From Candidatus Limnocylindria bacterium (GTDB lineage: Bacteria > Chloroflexota > Limnocylindria > P2-11E), in NCBI GenBank assembly GCA_038227105.1, contig JBBRQB010000003.1, forward strand, positions 1,054 through 65,053: 64,000 nt of DNA. The letters are read 5' to 3'. This document shows, in pieces, positions 8,942 to 18,612 of the stretch. A program made the translations under genes and the position numbers. The stretch's first letter is position 1. The number at the start of each line of letters is the position of its first letter. A model generated the notes under the pieces. That model worked only from the letters and a program-made list of their open reading frames with translations, was not told the DNA's origin and did no database searches.

Positions 8942-10542
8942 GTCGCGCGCGCGGCCTCGCTGAGTCGGCGCCTGACGAATATCGGATCCAGAGTGGTCAA
9001 CATCCAGGCAGCCCTGGGCCCGGCGGCCTTCCCGATGAACGAGTAGTAGAGCGCCTCGAACGCGGCCTTCGTCACCTTGCCCTCGGGGGTCGTGAGGCCG
9101 ACCTCTTTCGCGATCTCGTAGAGGCGCTCCTGCATCTGCTCCGGATCCGTGATCTTCCCCACCTCGGCGGCCGCACGCTCGAGGAAGGCTCGCTGCTGAT
9201 CGGTGAGCGTCGCGGCGACCGGTGGAAGCTCGGGGGCGACCGCGAAGCGCGCCTCGTCAGGAGCCCAGCGTTCGAGCCAGATCTTCGCGAGGGCGATGCG
9301 CTTCTCGAGGTCAGCGCTCTCGCCGTCCGTGAGCGGCGCCTTCTTGCGCTTCTCGGCCTCGGCGTGCGGTTCGATGCTCGGGATCTGCAGCCAGTCCGCA
9401 ACGGTGCCGAACCGCACGCGGAAGATGACCGGCTCCACGAAGTCCGTCACTTGCGAGAGGTGCCACACCTTTCCCAGATCGCTCAGCGGATCCTCGAGAT
9501 ACGCATCGGCGCAGCGGTCGTACTCGTCGTACAGCCGCGGAAGTGTGTTGCCGGCCGGATCGAACTCGACGGCCCGCTTCGGGTGCGTGCGCAGCATGAG
9601 GAAGCGGACGATCTCGCCGGGATAGATCTCGACGAGCTCCACCGCCGAAGCGCCGATGCCCTTTGAGGTCGCCATCTTCTTGCCGCCGATCGTGAGGAAC
9701 TCGTGCTGCAGACCCGCTGGTGGCTCGCGCTTCCACACCGCCCGGTAGATCTCGTTCGCGCGGTCCCGCGATCCGCCAGCGGTCAGGAGATCCTTGCCGC
9801 CCTCCTCATATGTGACGTCGAAGAGATCCCACATCGCGCACCACTGGAGGTTCCAGGGGAGCTTGCCATTGCCCTTGAACGGCGAGATACGCCCGGTGTG
9901 CCCGCAACCCTCCGCCCACGTCACGTACTCCCTGCGGCACTCGTACGCCACGGTGGTGCCGTCGAAGTCCGTCGCGTGCGTCGTCCCGATCTTCCCGCAG
10001 CTCTCGCAGATGATCCAGATGGGGACCCAGTTCGGGTCCTTCTGAACGTTCGAGACCTCGGCGTAGACCCGTCGCACATCGTCGGCGTGGCGCAGCACGA
10101 GATCGATCTCGTGGTCGAGCTTCCCCGACTGGTACAGATCGCGCAGCCAGTGGATCTCCTCTGGATGGATCCCGACGCGCTCGAACGTCGAGAGGAACCG
10201 CTGCGCGTGATAACGGGCGAAGTCGCTCGCGACCGCCGGATCGGGAGACGGGATCTTGAAGAACGGCTTCCCCATGTGCTCGGCCATCCCGGCCTGCTGC
10301 CGCATCGACTGCGAGTCCATCGGGTCGTAGTCGTCGATGGTGAAGACATAGCGCACGTTCAGCCCGTGGTCGCGGAACGTCCGGTAGAGGGCGTCGGTGA
10401 TCACGGGCCCGCGGAGGCTCGAGATCGGCACCGGGCCGGACGGCGTCTTCGAGTCGCGGATGACGTGTGGGATGTCCTTCGACAGCGACGCGGCGACCGC
10501 GTCGGCCCAGAAGAGCTCCCGGTCGGTCGGCGTCAGGGTCAT
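8938..10542 (-). CDS. lysK: Class I lysyl-tRNA synthetase homolog (LysK-like) with a divergent HIGH region
   Basis: Aligns end-to-end with archaeal/spirochaete class I LysRS: TPSG...DDYD, CESCGK...GCGH zinc knuckle, KMATSKG (KMSKS-like) and the C-terminal LYYSFIGKAAGPR. The HIGH position reads PISS instead of HVGN. Confidence 0.75.
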   Translation of the reverse strand: MTLTPTDRELFWADAVAASLSKDIPHVIRDSKTPSGPVPISSLRGPVITDALYRTFRDHGLNVRYVFTIDDYDPMDSQSMRQQAGMAEHMGKPFFKIPSPDPAVASDFARYHAQRFLSTFERVGIHPEEIHWLRDLYQSGKLDHEIDLVLRHADDVRRVYAEVSNVQKDPNWVPIWIICESCGKIGTTHATDFDGTTVAYECRREYVTWAEGCGHTGRISPFKGNGKLPWNLQWCAMWDLFDVTYEEGGKDLLTAGGSRDRANEIYRAVWKREPPAGLQHEFLTIGGKKMATSKGIGASAVELVEIYPGEIVRFLMLRTHPKRAVEFDPAGNTLPRLYDEYDRCADAYLEDPLSDLGKVWHLSQVTDFVEPVIFRVRFGTVADWLQIPSIEPHAEAEKRKKAPLTDGESADLEKRIALAKIWLERWAPDEARFAVAPELPPVAATLTDQQRAFLERAAAEVGKITDPEQMQERLYEIAKEVGLTTPEGKVTKAAFEALYYSFIGKAAGPRAAWMLTTLDPIFVRRRLSEAARAT

Positions 10543-10546
10543 CGCG

Positions 10547-11014
10547 CTAACGGACGGCGACGATCTTGAGCTCCACTTCGCCGCGCGGCACCGACGCGCG
10601 AACGAGGTCACCCTTTTTGTGGCCGATGAGGGCCTTTCCGACCGGCGACTCGTTGCTTATACGTCCTTCGGCCGGTGCCGCCTCGGCGGAGCCGACGATG
10701 ACGTACTGATCGCGCTCGCCGTTCGATTCGATCGTGACGTGGCTGCCGATCTCGACGATATCGTGATGCTCGTTCTCGTCGATGATCGTCGCGTTCTTGA
10801 CCATGCTCTCGAGCGTCATGATCCGCCCCTCGAGAAAGGCCTGATCGTTCTTCGCCTGCTCGAGCTCGGAGTTCTCCGAGTAATCGCCGAACTGCATGGC
10901 CGCGTGGATGCGCTCCGCGACCTCCTGCCGCTTGGCGGTGCGAAGCTCCTCGAGCTCCGCTTCGATCTTCTTCAGGCCGTCCGCTGAGATCGGGACCGGT
11001 TTGTCAGGGCTCAT
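10547..11014 (-). CDS. greA: Transcription elongation factor GreA
   Basis: LKKIEAELEELR coiled coil and GDYSENSE motif, followed by the C-terminal FKBP-like domain. ATG at 11014. Confidence 0.9.
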   Translation of the reverse strand: MSPDKPVPISADGLKKIEAELEELRTAKRQEVAERIHAAMQFGDYSENSELEQAKNDQAFLEGRIMTLESMVKNATIIDENEHHDIVEIGSHVTIESNGERDQYVIVGSAEAAPAEGRISNESPVGKALIGHKKGDLVRASVPRGEVELKIVAVR

Positions 11015-11103
11015 CTGAGCTGCCTCCGAAATGCGTAGCGGCCTAAAAAAAGAACACTGAAGGCCGCCTTGGCCCTCAGCGCTTCGCCGCGTACGGTGGA
11101 TGT

Positions 11104-12027
11104 GTGGGGGAATCATACACGGTCAGCCGCCGCCTTTTGGCCCACTACCAGGCCACGAAGCGGGATCTGCCATGGCGGAAGACCCGCGAACCGTACGCCG
11201 TGCTCGTGTCCGAAAAGATGCTGCAGCAGACGCAGGCCGCTCGCGTCGCGCCGCGTTTCGAGCGCTTCATGGATCGTTTCCCGACACTTGGATCGCTCGC
11301 CGCCGCGCCGCTCGCGGCTGTGCTTCGGGAGTGGTCCGGTCTCGGCTACAACCGCAGAGCCAGAGATCTGCATCGGATCGCACGCGCATGCACGAACGGC
11401 CTGCCCACCGACGTCGCCGCGCTCGATGCCCTGCCAGGAATCGGCGCGTACACAGCGGGAGCCATCGCGTCGTTCGCATACCGCCAGCGGGTCGCGTTCG
11501 CTGATGTGAACATCCGCCGCGTTCTGGGACGCATCTTTCTCGGACGGCCGGGGACGCCCCAGGAGGGTGTGGAGCTGGACGCGCGCGCGATGCCCGAACA
11601 CAACTCCGATCAATGGCATCACGCCTTGATGGATCTCGGCGCGACGATCTGCACCTCAAGAGATCCGAAGTGCGAGGTGTGTCCGTTGCGCAGGCAGTGC
11701 CTGTTCGTTCGCTCCCCGGCGGTCGGCGGCCCCCTGCGCTTCCCGCCGTCGGGCCCCTCTGCGGAGGGAACCCCCGACGGCGCCGCGCAGGGGACTCGCC
11801 GACCGCCCAGCAGGACCGCGCACGTGGCACGGCCCGCAGCATTCGCGTCCAGTGATCGGCGCGTTCGCGGCGCGATCGTGCGAGCACTCGTCGTGGCCGA
11901 GTCGGGCATGACCGTGCGAGCGCTCGGGAAGTCGATCGGCGATGCACGGGTGCCGCGACTCGTTGAAAAGCTGACGGCCGACGGGCTCATCGAGCGCGCC
12001 GGCCGGCGGGTGCGTCTCGCGAGCTAG
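11104..12027 (+). CDS. HhH-GPD base-excision DNA glycosylase, MutY-like adenine glycosylase without a NUDIX domain
   Basis: N-terminus YQATKRDLPWRKTREPYAVLVSEKMLQQT. HhH motif LPGIGAYTAGAI. 4Fe-4S loop CTSRDPKCEVCPLRRQC. GTG start. Confidence 0.8.
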   Translation: MGESYTVSRRLLAHYQATKRDLPWRKTREPYAVLVSEKMLQQTQAARVAPRFERFMDRFPTLGSLAAAPLAAVLREWSGLGYNRRARDLHRIARACTNGLPTDVAALDALPGIGAYTAGAIASFAYRQRVAFADVNIRRVLGRIFLGRPGTPQEGVELDARAMPEHNSDQWHHALMDLGATICTSRDPKCEVCPLRRQCLFVRSPAVGGPLRFPPSGPSAEGTPDGAAQGTRRPPSRTAHVARPAAFASSDRRVRGAIVRALVVAESGMTVRALGKSIGDARVPRLVEKLTADGLIERAGRRVRLAS

Positions 12028-12032
12028 CCGCG

Positions 12033-13286
12033 CTAGCCCTTCGGCAGCTCCGGACCGGCGATCGCGAGCGCGTACCGGTCGCTCGGGAGGAGCTCGGATG
12101 CGATCGCGACGACGTCGTCCTTCGTAACTGCGCGGATCTCGCGCGGGTAGCGCTCGAGGTGGTCGTCCCCGAGCCGGAACAGCTCCGCGTCCAGGACCAT
12201 CGCCGCCACGCCGCCGGGACTCTCGCGTCCCACCTCGAGCTCGCCGACGAGCTTGTCGCGCGCGAGCGCGAGGTCATCGTCGGCGATCTCGCCGTCGCGG
12301 ATCTTCTTGAGCTCGGCGAAGGTCACGCTGATCGCGCGCTCGACGTTCTCAGGGTTCACGCCCATTCGGACGGTCCACGGACCCTGGCTCGCGGTCCCGG
12401 AGAGGGTGCTGAAGACGTAATAGGCGAGGCCGAGCTGGTCGCGGACGACCTGCCCTGCGCGGCTCGCGAACGTGTCGGCGGCGAACACCATGTTCGTGAC
12501 CTGGGCCTTCGTGAATCGCGGGTCGGTGCGCGGCAGGCCGAGCCAGCCAAGGACCACGTCGGACTGGGTCTTGTCGGGCACGACCAGAGCCTGGCGCATC
12601 GGACCTTCGAGACGGGCAGGCGGTACGACGCGGGCCGACCGGTCCTTCGAGGTCCACCCACCGAAGGCGCGCTCGGCAGCGTCGAACGCGCGCTTCGCGT
12701 CGAGCGCGCCGGCGAGGACGATCACCGAGCCGCCGGGCCGAATGGCGTTCTGGTGATGCGAGCGGACCTCCGCGAGCGTCGCGGTCCGCACGACCTCCTC
12801 GTCGCCGAGCGAGCGCGTCCGGAATGGATGGCCCGGTGGGTAGGCGAGCCCGCGCCAGGCCTTGTCCGCGACGGCGCGGGTGTCTTTCTTTGCTTCCTCG
12901 AATTCAGCAAGAGCCTGCTGTCTGACGAACTCGAGTCCTGCCGTCCCCAGTGCCGGCGTGACGACCGTTTCGGCCACGAGATCGAGGAACACGCCGAGGT
13001 CATCGGCCAGGCACTGCCCGGAGAACACGGCGGCGTGTGAACCGACGTCGAGTCGGGCGGAGGCACCCAGCCCATCGAGGGCATCCGACCACGCGCTCGC
13101 ATCGCGCATCTGCGTCCCCCGGAGCAGGGCCTGCGCCGTGAGGCGCGCGACGCCTGGCCGGCCAGCCGGCTCGAAGTACTGACCCGCCTCCATCGCGAGG
13201 AGCGCCGCGACCGAGCGCAGCCCGGCGATCGGCACGACCGCGACCTTCAGCCCGTTCGTCAGCGTCCGGCGCTCGATGCCGATCAT
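12033..13286 (-). CDS. M16-family peptidase-like protein, probable inactive subunit (no HxxEH)
   Basis: M16 fold similarity throughout (LKVAVVP...GQYFEP...LLRGT). The zinc motif is absent. ATGA overlap with the upstream M16 gene. Confidence 0.7.
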   Translation of the reverse strand: MIGIERRTLTNGLKVAVVPIAGLRSVAALLAMEAGQYFEPAGRPGVARLTAQALLRGTQMRDASAWSDALDGLGASARLDVGSHAAVFSGQCLADDLGVFLDLVAETVVTPALGTAGLEFVRQQALAEFEEAKKDTRAVADKAWRGLAYPPGHPFRTRSLGDEEVVRTATLAEVRSHHQNAIRPGGSVIVLAGALDAKRAFDAAERAFGGWTSKDRSARVVPPARLEGPMRQALVVPDKTQSDVVLGWLGLPRTDPRFTKAQVTNMVFAADTFASRAGQVVRDQLGLAYYVFSTLSGTASQGPWTVRMGVNPENVERAISVTFAELKKIRDGEIADDDLALARDKLVGELEVGRESPGGVAAMVLDAELFRLGDDHLERYPREIRAVTKDDVVAIASELLPSDRYALAIAGPELPKG

Positions 13287-14656
13287 GCCGTGCGGCCTGC
13301 TTCGGGGATGAAGTGTCCGACGGTCCGCGAGCGCTCGACGAACGTCTCTCCTGCGGCCTGCTGCACGTCGAACGGTGTCACCGCCGCGAGCGCGTCGTAC
13401 CACGCGCCGATCGATGGCGCAGCCGCCGTCGAGAGCAGGCTCCCGAGGCGGTACGCGCGCCAGGTGACCGTGTCGCTCGGGAATGCGACGCTCGCTAGTA
13501 GGCCGCGCCGAACGCGCCCGAACTCCTGCTCGTCGAGCGGCTGATCGGCGAGGCGCTGCAGCTCGTGCAGCAACACGTCCTCGACGGTGCGGTGCGCCAC
13601 ACCTGGACGGAGCGTCGCCTCGAGCGTGAACAGATACGGATCCTTCGTCAGCCCGAAGCTCGCGTCCACATCGGTCGCGAGCTCCTTCTCGACGAGCGCC
13701 CGGTACAACCGCGACGAGCGGCCCGATGCCGAATCGCCGCCGCCACCACCGGCGAGAGCGACGGCGACCGCGCTGAGCGCCGCCGCGCGCGGGTCGGACG
13801 CCGCGACGGTGTGGAAGCCGGCCTGGACGATCGGCAGCGCGCCACCGGCACGGTGCACGACGAGTCGCTTCTCGCCCATCTGCGGCGGCTCCGGCGCGAG
13901 CGGCGGCGCGACCACCGGCTCTTCGCCGACCCTGCCGAACGCGGCGGCCGCCTTCTCGATCAGCGTCTCCGCGCGATCGTCACCGACCACGACCACGTAC
14001 GCGTTGTTCGGTGCGTAGTGCGTGCGGTAGTGCGCGTAGAGGCCGTCGCGCGTCATGAGCTTGATCTCGAACTTGCTGCCGATGACACCCTGCCCGTAGG
14101 GATGCCGGTCGAACGCGACCGCCTGGAGCGACTCGCCGAGGAGGAACGATGGATCGTTCTCGAGACCTTCGCGCTCGCTCACGATCACCGTCCGCTCGGC
14201 TTCGACCTCTTCGGTCGCGAGGAGCGCGTTCCGCATGCGATCGGCCTCGAGCTCGAGGGCCACGTCGTAGCGGTCGCGCGGAACGGTCTCGAAATAGCAC
14301 GTGACGTCCTCGTTCGTGAACGCGTTCCACTGCGCGCCGTAGCGCGCGAGCAGCCGGTCGAGGTCGCCCTTCGGATGGGTCGGCGTGCCCTTGAACAGCA
14401 TGTGCTCGAGGAAATGCGACATGCCGGTCGTGCCAGGGACCTCGTTGCGGCCGCCCACGTGGTACCAGACCCAGAGCGAGACGACGGGTGCGTGACGCGC
14501 CTCCAGGGCGTGGATCACGAGGCCGTTGTCGAGCCGCCGGGTCGCGGGGACGTCGATGAATGCGGTCTGCTCGGGGATACCTAGAACGTTACGGCGTTCC
14601 CCCGAACTGCGCGGCGAACACCGCCCGTGCGGCCGCTCCGGCGTCCTGGCTGCCAA
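13283..14656 (-). CDS. M16-family zinc metallopeptidase (active-site HxxEH)
   Basis: HFLEHMLFKGT motif and downstream E. Start uncertain: the ATG at 14656 overlaps the PBP 3' end by 68 nt. Confidence 0.75.
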   Translation of the reverse strand: MAARTPERPHGRCSPRSSGERRNVLGIPEQTAFIDVPATRRLDNGLVIHALEARHAPVVSLWVWYHVGGRNEVPGTTGMSHFLEHMLFKGTPTHPKGDLDRLLARYGAQWNAFTNEDVTCYFETVPRDRYDVALELEADRMRNALLATEEVEAERTVIVSEREGLENDPSFLLGESLQAVAFDRHPYGQGVIGSKFEIKLMTRDGLYAHYRTHYAPNNAYVVVVGDDRAETLIEKAAAAFGRVGEEPVVAPPLAPEPPQMGEKRLVVHRAGGALPIVQAGFHTVAASDPRAAALSAVAVALAGGGGGDSASGRSSRLYRALVEKELATDVDASFGLTKDPYLFTLEATLRPGVAHRTVEDVLLHELQRLADQPLDEQEFGRVRRGLLASVAFPSDTVTWRAYRLGSLLSTAAAPSIGAWYDALAAVTPFDVQQAAGETFVERSRTVGHFIPEAGRTA

Positions 14657-16658
14657 GCAAGCCGGGCTTCTCCTCGAAGATCACGGCCATCGCGAGCTTC
14701 GGACCGTCATACGGCGCGAACCCGATGAACCACGCGTCGGGATTCCCCGACGGCGTCTCGGCGGTGCCGGACTTCCCGGCCACGGCCGTCGGGAAGTTGA
14801 GGAACTTGAAGTACACGGTCCCGTTCGGGTCGTTGACCACCGCGCGCATGCCGTCACGGATGAGCGAGAGATCCGTGGGCGTGGTCGTCGCGGTGCGCAG
14901 CTGCGTGGCGGCGTACGTCTTGACCACAACACCGGCCCGCGTGCGGATCTCGGTGACGAGCCGGGGCTTCCACACGACGCCGTCATTCGCCAGCGCGGCC
15001 GTGTAGTTCGCCATCTGCAGCGGTGTCGCGAGGAGATCGCCCTGGCCGATCGCGAGGTTCGTTGCGTCGCCAGGGTTCCAGGGACGGTTCGCCGGGCTCG
15101 GCACATTGCCGTCGGCCTCGATGACGAAGTCGATGTCCGTCGCCTTCCCCAGGCCGAAGCTCAGCGCCTCCTCCGGCAGGAGGCGCGTGTTCGTGTCGTT
15201 GAGCCGCTTGCCCAGCTCGTAGAAGAACGTGTTGCACGAGCGCGCGAGCGCGGTGCGTAGATCGATCGGTCCAAGGTTCCCGGTCTCGTGATTGAGCTGG
15301 ACGATGCCGTAGCCGTTCCACGAAGCCGGGCAGTCGATCCGCTGACCGGCCTTGTACAGGCCGTTCTTCAGCGCGGCCGCCGCGGTGATCGGCTTGAACG
15401 AGGACCCGGTGGGGTACGTGCCTGAGACCGCGCGGTTCACCAGCGGCCGCTTCGGATCGCTGTTGAGGGCGGCGATCGTCGCGCTGTCGCCGCTGACGAA
15501 CACGTTCGCGTCGAAGGATGGACGGCTCGCGAGCACGAGCACCTCGCCCGACCACGGATCCTCGGCCACGATCGCGCCCTTCTGATCACCGAGCGCCTTC
15601 TCCGCGGCGGCCTGCAGCTTTGGATCGAGCGACAGCACGGCATCGTTCCCGGGAATGGCGGCCGTCTCGCCGAGCAGCTCGACCGGACGCTCGTCGGGAT
15701 CCACGATCGAGAGCCGCCAGCCGAAGCTGCCGCCGAGGACGTCGTCGAGCTGCTGCTCGAGCCCGTTCTTCCCGATGAGGTCGCCGGCCGAGTAGCCACG
15801 CGAGGCGCGCTTCTGCGCATCGGCGTCGCTCGCTTCGCCCATGAAGCCAAGCAGCTGCGACGCGAGACCCGTCGGGTAGCTGCGCACGCGCTGGGCCTGG
15901 AGCTGCACGCCCTCGATGACGGTGAGGCGCGCCCGCAGCGCCGTGAAGGCGTCGCCGGTCAGCGTCCGTATGGGAACGAAGCTATCCGGCCGCACCCACG
16001 ATGCGTTGTACTTCGCTTTGATGTCGTCGGTCTTGAGACCGAGGACGCTCGAGAGGCTCGCCAGCATGCCCGCCTCGTTCTTGATCTGCTCGGGCACGAC
16101 GCCGACCACGGCCGCGTCGCTGAACGTCGCGAGCTCGGTCCCTTCGCGCGCGATGATCCGGCCGCGGCTCGTGGGGAGGCGCGTCATGCGCACCAGCCGT
16201 CCGCTGATGAGGCGCGGGAGGATGGCCTCGGGCGTCCAGTCGATCTTCCAGACCGCCTTGTCCTTGTCGCCGGTCATCACGAGGTTCAGGAACGTGTCGC
16301 GGCGGAGGTCGCCGACACGCTGTGTGTGGAACGTGACCGCGAGCGGCACCGTCGCGCGGCGTGGATCGGGAGAGCCGTTGGCGCCGGCCGGATGCGCAGC
16401 GACACCCGAGGTCGCCTCGAGCGAGGTGAGCGTCATCTCCTGCGCGATGCGCGGGAGCCGCGCGATGAAGCCGTCCTCGCCGACCGTGGCCTTGCTCTCG
16501 TCCGCGAGCAGCGCCCACATCGCCGGGTAGTCACCCTTCACCCACGCGGCGGCATAGGCCTTCGCGACGGGCTCGGCCGCGGGCGGCTGCGGCTCGCACG
16601 CGGCGAAGATCGACGCAATGACCGCGAGCACGGAGAGGGCGATCGCGCTGCGCGTCAT
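14589..16658 (-). CDS. Penicillin-binding lipoprotein (class B transpeptidase with an NTF2-like MecA_N domain, Rv2864c-like)
   Basis: Lipoprotein signal LAVIASIFAAC. Transpeptidase motifs SSFKP (SxxK), SCN (SxN) and KSGT (KTG). Confidence 0.85.
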   Translation of the reverse strand: MTRSAIALSVLAVIASIFAACEPQPPAAEPVAKAYAAAWVKGDYPAMWALLADESKATVGEDGFIARLPRIAQEMTLTSLEATSGVAAHPAGANGSPDPRRATVPLAVTFHTQRVGDLRRDTFLNLVMTGDKDKAVWKIDWTPEAILPRLISGRLVRMTRLPTSRGRIIAREGTELATFSDAAVVGVVPEQIKNEAGMLASLSSVLGLKTDDIKAKYNASWVRPDSFVPIRTLTGDAFTALRARLTVIEGVQLQAQRVRSYPTGLASQLLGFMGEASDADAQKRASRGYSAGDLIGKNGLEQQLDDVLGGSFGWRLSIVDPDERPVELLGETAAIPGNDAVLSLDPKLQAAAEKALGDQKGAIVAEDPWSGEVLVLASRPSFDANVFVSGDSATIAALNSDPKRPLVNRAVSGTYPTGSSFKPITAAAALKNGLYKAGQRIDCPASWNGYGIVQLNHETGNLGPIDLRTALARSCNTFFYELGKRLNDTNTRLLPEEALSFGLGKATDIDFVIEADGNVPSPANRPWNPGDATNLAIGQGDLLATPLQMANYTAALANDGVVWKPRLVTEIRTRAGVVVKTYAATQLRTATTTPTDLSLIRDGMRAVVNDPNGTVYFKFLNFPTAVAGKSGTAETPSGNPDAWFIGFAPYDGPKLAMAVIFEEKPGLLGSQDAGAAARAVFAAQFGGTP

Positions 16659-16661
16659 CCG

Positions 16662-18224
16662 CTAGTAGCCGGCCGCGTAGCCCTCGCGCCGCGGATCCGC
16701 TCCGCCGGAGAAGACGCCGTTGCCGTCGATCGCGATCGCCTGCGCGCCACCCGTGATCTCGGCCCAGTCGCCAAGGACCTGCAGGTCATGTCCCCTCGCC
16801 GCCAACGCCTTGCGCACCTGCTCAGGGAAACGGGCCTCGAGCTGCAATGTTCTGCCTGTGTCGTGATACCAGCGCGGCGACTCGATCGCCTCCTGGACAT
16901 CGAGCCCGTGGTCGATGAGCCCGACCGCGAGCTGGAAGTTCGTCTGCACCTGCGCGTGGCGCCCGGGGGTCCCGAAGACGAAGCGCGGCGACTGGCCGTC
17001 GAGGACGATGACGGTGTTGAGCGTGTGCACCGGCCGCTTGCCGGGTGCGAGCGCGTTCGGCGACCGCGGGTCGAGTGAGAACCCGGAGAGCCGGTTATTT
17101 AACAGGATGCCGGTGCCCGGCACGATCGTCGCCGCGCCGAACGCGCTGAACACGCTCTCGATGAGCGAGACGGCGTTCCCGTCGCGGTCCACGACCGCCA
17201 GATAGGTCGTGTCGGCGGGTAACGCGGCCGGCTCGACGCGGTCGGCGGCCCTCGCCCCCACAGCGCGGCGGCGCTGCGCGACGAATGCGTCCGCGTACAG
17301 CTCCTGGGCGTCGAAGCGGACCATGCGCGGATCGCCGGCCATCGCGTCGCGATCGGCGAACGCGAGCTTCTTGATCTCGACCATCGTGTGGATCTGATCG
17401 GCGCTCCCCCAGCCCATACCGCGCAGATCGAGACCCTCCGCGATGGCGAGTTCCTCGAGCAGCACGTGACCCTGCGACACCGGCGGCTGACCCACGACCC
17501 GGAGGCCGCGGTATGCGGTCTCGATCGGGTCACGGCGATCCGTGCCGTGCGCGGCGAGGTCGGCGATGCCGATCCAGCCGCCGAGGCTCGCGATGCCGAC
17601 CGCGAGGCGCTCGGCGAGATCCCCACGGTAGAAGGCCTCGGTGCCATCGGACGCGATCGCGCGCAAGGACCCGGCGAGCTCGGGCTGCTGGAGCATCTCG
17701 CCCGGTCGCGGGCGCCTCCCGAGCGGGCTGTATGTGCGGGCCGCGGTCGGATCGGCGCCCAGGCGCGCGACCTCCTCGCCGATCGCCTCGGAGAGCAGGT
17801 CGCTCACCGGGAAACCTTCGGCCGCGTAGGCGATCGCGGGCGCGAGAGCCCGGTCGATCCCGAGCCTGCCGTGATCGTTCAGCATGTCGCCCCACGCGGC
17901 GACCGCGCCGGGCACCGTCGCGAGCCGTGCGCCGCGGTCGCCGTAGCCCTGCGCGAAGGCCGCGTCGTCCACGGTCGCGGGTGCCGCCCCCGAGCCGTTG
18001 TACGCAGTGACGGTGCGGCTCCGCGCGTCGTAGACGAGGGCGAACACGTCACCGCCGATCGAGCAGCGCTGCGGCAGGACGACGGCACAGACCGCAGCCG
18101 CTGCGATCGCCGCGTCGACCGCGCTTCCGCCGTCGCGCAGTGCCGCGAGGCCGGCCGCCGTCGCGAGGTGATGCCCGCTCGCGACGATGCCGTTGGCGGA
18201 TCGCACGGTGGGGCGATGGGACAT
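16662..18224 (-). CDS. ggt: Gamma-glutamyltranspeptidase
   Basis: Catalytic threonine region TTYLAVVDRDGNAVSLIES...GILLNNRLSGF. 520 aa. Confidence 0.85.
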   Translation of the reverse strand: MSHRPTVRSANGIVASGHHLATAAGLAALRDGGSAVDAAIAAAAVCAVVLPQRCSIGGDVFALVYDARSRTVTAYNGSGAAPATVDDAAFAQGYGDRGARLATVPGAVAAWGDMLNDHGRLGIDRALAPAIAYAAEGFPVSDLLSEAIGEEVARLGADPTAARTYSPLGRRPRPGEMLQQPELAGSLRAIASDGTEAFYRGDLAERLAVGIASLGGWIGIADLAAHGTDRRDPIETAYRGLRVVGQPPVSQGHVLLEELAIAEGLDLRGMGWGSADQIHTMVEIKKLAFADRDAMAGDPRMVRFDAQELYADAFVAQRRRAVGARAADRVEPAALPADTTYLAVVDRDGNAVSLIESVFSAFGAATIVPGTGILLNNRLSGFSLDPRSPNALAPGKRPVHTLNTVIVLDGQSPRFVFGTPGRHAQVQTNFQLAVGLIDHGLDVQEAIESPRWYHDTGRTLQLEARFPEQVRKALAARGHDLQVLGDWAEITGGAQAIAIDGNGVFSGGADPRREGYAAGY

Positions 18225-18234
18225 CGAGCGGATG

Positions 18235-18612
18235 CTAAATGCCTGAGCGGAGGAACAGCATGAAGAGGAATAGCCACGCGAATGCCGCGACCGCAGCGAC
18301 GACGATCCCCATCGCGAGCGAGCCGCGCGGCCGCTGCACGACCGGCATGAGCGCGACCGCGAGGGCGATGAGGATCAGCTCAGGCCCGGTCACGAGCAGG
18401 CCCGCGAAGAGGATGTAGCCAATGGCGATCCACCCGAGGACGGCGGGGCCGTTGACCGACACGACGAACGCGGCGATGGCCGCGGCCGCGGCCGAGCCCC
18501 AGAGCAGCAGATCGGTCCCGAGGTTCCCGAACCCGCCGGTCGCGACGTAGGCGTATACGGCCATTGCGACCGCGTCGAAGGCGGCCACACCGGCACGCAC
18601 GGTGTTGCTCAC
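18235..18612 (-). CDS. Small membrane protein with 4 predicted TM helices
   Basis: Four hydrophobic helices. Its start overlaps the argA stop by 4 nt, which suggests coupling. No recognisable domain. Confidence 0.45.
   Translation of the reverse strand: MSNTVRAGVAAFDAVAMAVYAYVATGGFGNLGTDLLLWGSAAAAAIAAFVVSVNGPAVLGWIAIGYILFAGLLVTGPELILIALAVALMPVVQRPRGSLAMGIVVAAVAAFAWLFLFMLFLRSGI

Noticed and set aside
11015-11103. GCGGCC-N18-GGCCGC inverted repeat with an A7 run between greA and the glycosylase gene
   Set aside because: The 18-nt loop is too large for a stable terminator or riboswitch stem. It lies in a divergent promoter region. It is a possible weak operator only.
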